Below, piece by piece: positions 35,787-38,297 of a stretch of 38,297 nt of DNA. Each line of letters begins with the position of its first letter. Position 1 is the first letter of the stretch. Source of the DNA: Macrostomum lignano (Eukaryota); assembly GCA_002269645.1 (NCBI GenBank), contig NIVC01004680.1, forward strand, positions 1 to 38,297. Reading direction: 5' to 3'. The notes under the pieces are model-generated. The model ran no database searches, was not told the origin of the DNA, and saw only the letters and a list, made by a program, of their open reading frames with translations. A program made the position numbers and the translations under genes.

Positions 35787-36609
35787 AGAGCATGATCTAC
35801 CGGTAAACTGACGAACCCGGACTAAGCTAAGCTAAACTTTCTGACCTAATCGAGGGCTGAATTGCTATCCTGTCCCAAAGAACCTCTTGACCCAATCGCG
35901 CCTGATCCATCAGCCTGATCCCATGACTTCTTCCCAACAGATATTGAATCATTGCAGCTCAACAGTTAACACAAACTTACAATCGTGCATTGCTACTATT
36001 ATCAGTAGTCTGTTGCAGACTCGAGCTCATCAGTTTACACCGCTTTCTCTCGGCAAAGTTTTGGCTGGCGGCACTGCCAGTGCCATCATCATCAATCTCC
36101 ACCCAGCCCGATCTAACAAAGCGCGGTTGCTATAAAAAACCCGCTGTCCTGCTCAAGTCGCCTTGGCAGCGGATCTTTGAGCACGGAAAAGCGTTGCCTT
36201 GAGCAGCTCAAAGCCCTCCCGGGGCCGGGCCCGGCTCACACAATGGGCGAATTAGGTCACGCTTGAACTCAAAGAACGATGAGGCGCGGCCTTTTTCCTC
36301 CGACCGCAGCTTCCCAAGCCAGTGATAGAAAAAAACTTGTCAGATGCGGAGCGCTCAGAGCGGCCGACAAACTTCCGTCCTGACATTTTTTTCTGTTGAC
36401 TTCCGCTTCCACGTGCGGCTGGCTGCGTCCAGCAGATGAAGCCGCCGCTGACATCAGTCACCGGGAGGGTGACGGAGCGAGAGGGCAGCGCAGGCAGCAA
36501 ACTTGCCGCCAAAGGCCTGGCATTCACCCAGGCTGCAGTAACAGCTCAAGCAGCCCGTCCGCACCGATAACTCTCGTTTTGAGCAGCTCAGCTCACCAGT
36601 CAGTTTTAT

Positions 36610-37152
36610 AGAGCCTACCTGACACTCACTGCAGAGCCTACCTGACACTCACTTCAGAGCCTACCTGACACTCACTTCAGAGCCTACCTGACACTCACTG
36701 CAGAGAGCCTACCTGACACTCACTGCAGAGCCTACCTGACACTGCAGAGCCTACCTGACACTCACTGCAAAGCCTACCTGACACTCACTGCAGAGCCTAC
36801 CTGACACTCACTTCAGAGCCTACCTGACACTCACTGCAGAGAGCCTACCTGACACTCACTGCAGAGCCTACCTGACACTGCAGAGCCTACCTGACACTCA
36901 CTGCAGAGCCTACCTGACACTCACTGCAGAGCCTACCTGACACTCACTGCACAGCCTACCTGACTCTCATTGCACAGCCTACCTGACACTCACTGCAGAG
37001 CCTACCTGACACTCACTGCACAGCCTACCTGACTCTCATTGCACAGCCTACCTGACACTCATTGCACAGCCTACCTGACACTCATTGCACAGCCTACCTG
37101 ACACTCACTGCAGAGCCTACCTGACACTCACTGCAGAGCCTACCTGACACTC
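36610..37152. repeat. 23-bp minisatellite (GAGCCTACCTGACACTCACTGCA)
   Basis: Direct period 23. Confidence 0.95.
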
Positions 37153-37647
37153 GCCCAGTATTAGTATCTAATAAGAACTCAGAGGTACAGCAGAGCAAGA
37201 AAAAGCAATTTCACTTCATTCAGCAGCCGGTTCATTTCCCTTCTTCATCACGCTCCCGTCCTGCCTCATCAGCCCCCATTCCTGATGTTTTATTATCACA
37301 TCGCCGCTGCGGGAATGAAAGCCGATCTCATTTCACCCCGCAGTGCTCACCTAGGGCTCAATATTCCAGCTCGGCATCTCACCGCGGGCCTCAGCGCCCC
37401 CGCTTAGAGTGCATTTCGAGCTGTTTGCATTCGATTCGACTTGGGATGCGATTTTTCTAGGTAGTTGATTGCCTGGCCGTGTAGCCATCAATCAGCTGGG
37501 TGATCCCCGCTGGAAGAGTTTTCTTTTAGGGCCGCCTGTCAGTCCCGAGAGCTGGCGGGGTGAACACGGCATAAACCGGGGGGAGCTGCACTTCTGGTGA
37601 CGATTGAGTTGACATTTCTGTCTATAGTACATGCTTTAGTCAATCCT

Positions 37648-37995
37648 CCGAATCCTGAGTCCCGAATCCTGAGTCCCGAATCCTGAGTCCCGAATCCTGA
37701 GTCCCGAATCCTGAGTCCCGAATCCTGAGTCCCGAATCCTGAGTCCCGAATCCTGAGTCCCGAATCCTGAGTCCCGAATCCTGAGTCCCGAATCCTGAGT
37801 CCCGAATCCTGAGTCCCGAATCCTGAGTCCCGAATCCTGAGTCCCGAATCCTGAGTCCCGAATCCTGAGTCCCGAATCCTGAGTCCCGAATCCTGAGTCC
37901 CGAATCCTGAGTCCCGAATCCTGAGTCCCGAATCCTGAGTCCCGAATCCTGAGTCCCCGAATCCTGAGTCCGAATCCTGAGTCCCGAATCCTGAG
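37648..37995. repeat. 14-bp satellite (AATCCTGAGTCCCG)n, ~24 copies
   Basis: Direct period 14. Confidence 0.97.
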
Positions 37996-38115
37996 TGTCA
38001 GGTTAATATAGTGTCAGGTGGATATAGTGTTAGGTGGATATAGTGTCAGATGGATATAGTGTCAGATGGATATACATGAGTGTCAGATAGATATAGTGTC
38101 AGATGGATAGAGTCA
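37996..38115. repeat. 16-bp repeat (GTGTCAGATGGATATA)n abutting the 14-bp array
   Basis: Direct period 16. Confidence 0.85.
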
Positions 38116-38297
38116 GCTGTGAGCATACGCAGGACTTTATTAGGGCAGAGAATTTTTCCGTTAAAAAGTAAGCAGGCAGGGAAACCGGGATGAGCACGAT
38201 TTTGTAATCTCAGCTCCCAAAAGTGCTGCTCCAACGAGGCGCAGAAATCTCCCAGTCCCGGAGGATCAGTGCGGGCTCAGGTAGGGGATCACTCTGC

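Noticed and set aside
36252-36390. MSGRKFVGRSERSASDKFF ORF as a fourth alternative first exon
   Set aside because: No good phase-2 GTRAG donor before the stop.

Overview
Eukaryotic (metazoan) genomic DNA: GC-rich exons sit in AT-richer introns crowded with more than 15 distinct tandem-repeat arrays. The style resembles a repeat-rich free-living flatworm genome such as Macrostomum, but the organism is an inference. The main feature is a multi-exon, minus-strand voltage-gated proton channel (Hv/HVCN1-family) gene, reconstructed by hand with canonical GT-AG junctions and consistent phases. The core exons are 17770-17428, 16230-15707, 13018-12895, 10836-10721, 10291-10213 and 8973-8330. The channel keeps the Hv selectivity Asp in S1 and the S4 Trp/Asn, but Leu replaces the first S4 Arg (LxWRxxRxxN, Hv3-like). 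It also has a ~140-aa S1-S2 loop with four N-glycosylation sequons and an RxRR site. Upstream lie a phase 2-2 exon (21542-21417) and three ATG-initiated ORF segments (27751, 30490, ~34577), each ending at a phase-2 GTGAG donor, which look like alternative first exons feeding one constant channel region. One base appears to be missing in the S1 exon. The rest is RTE-like retrotransposon relics (one fusing the endonuclease end in frame to the C-terminus with the RT gone), a foldback-type element, short inverted repeats and satellites. Most long ORFs in the supplied track are translations of satellites.
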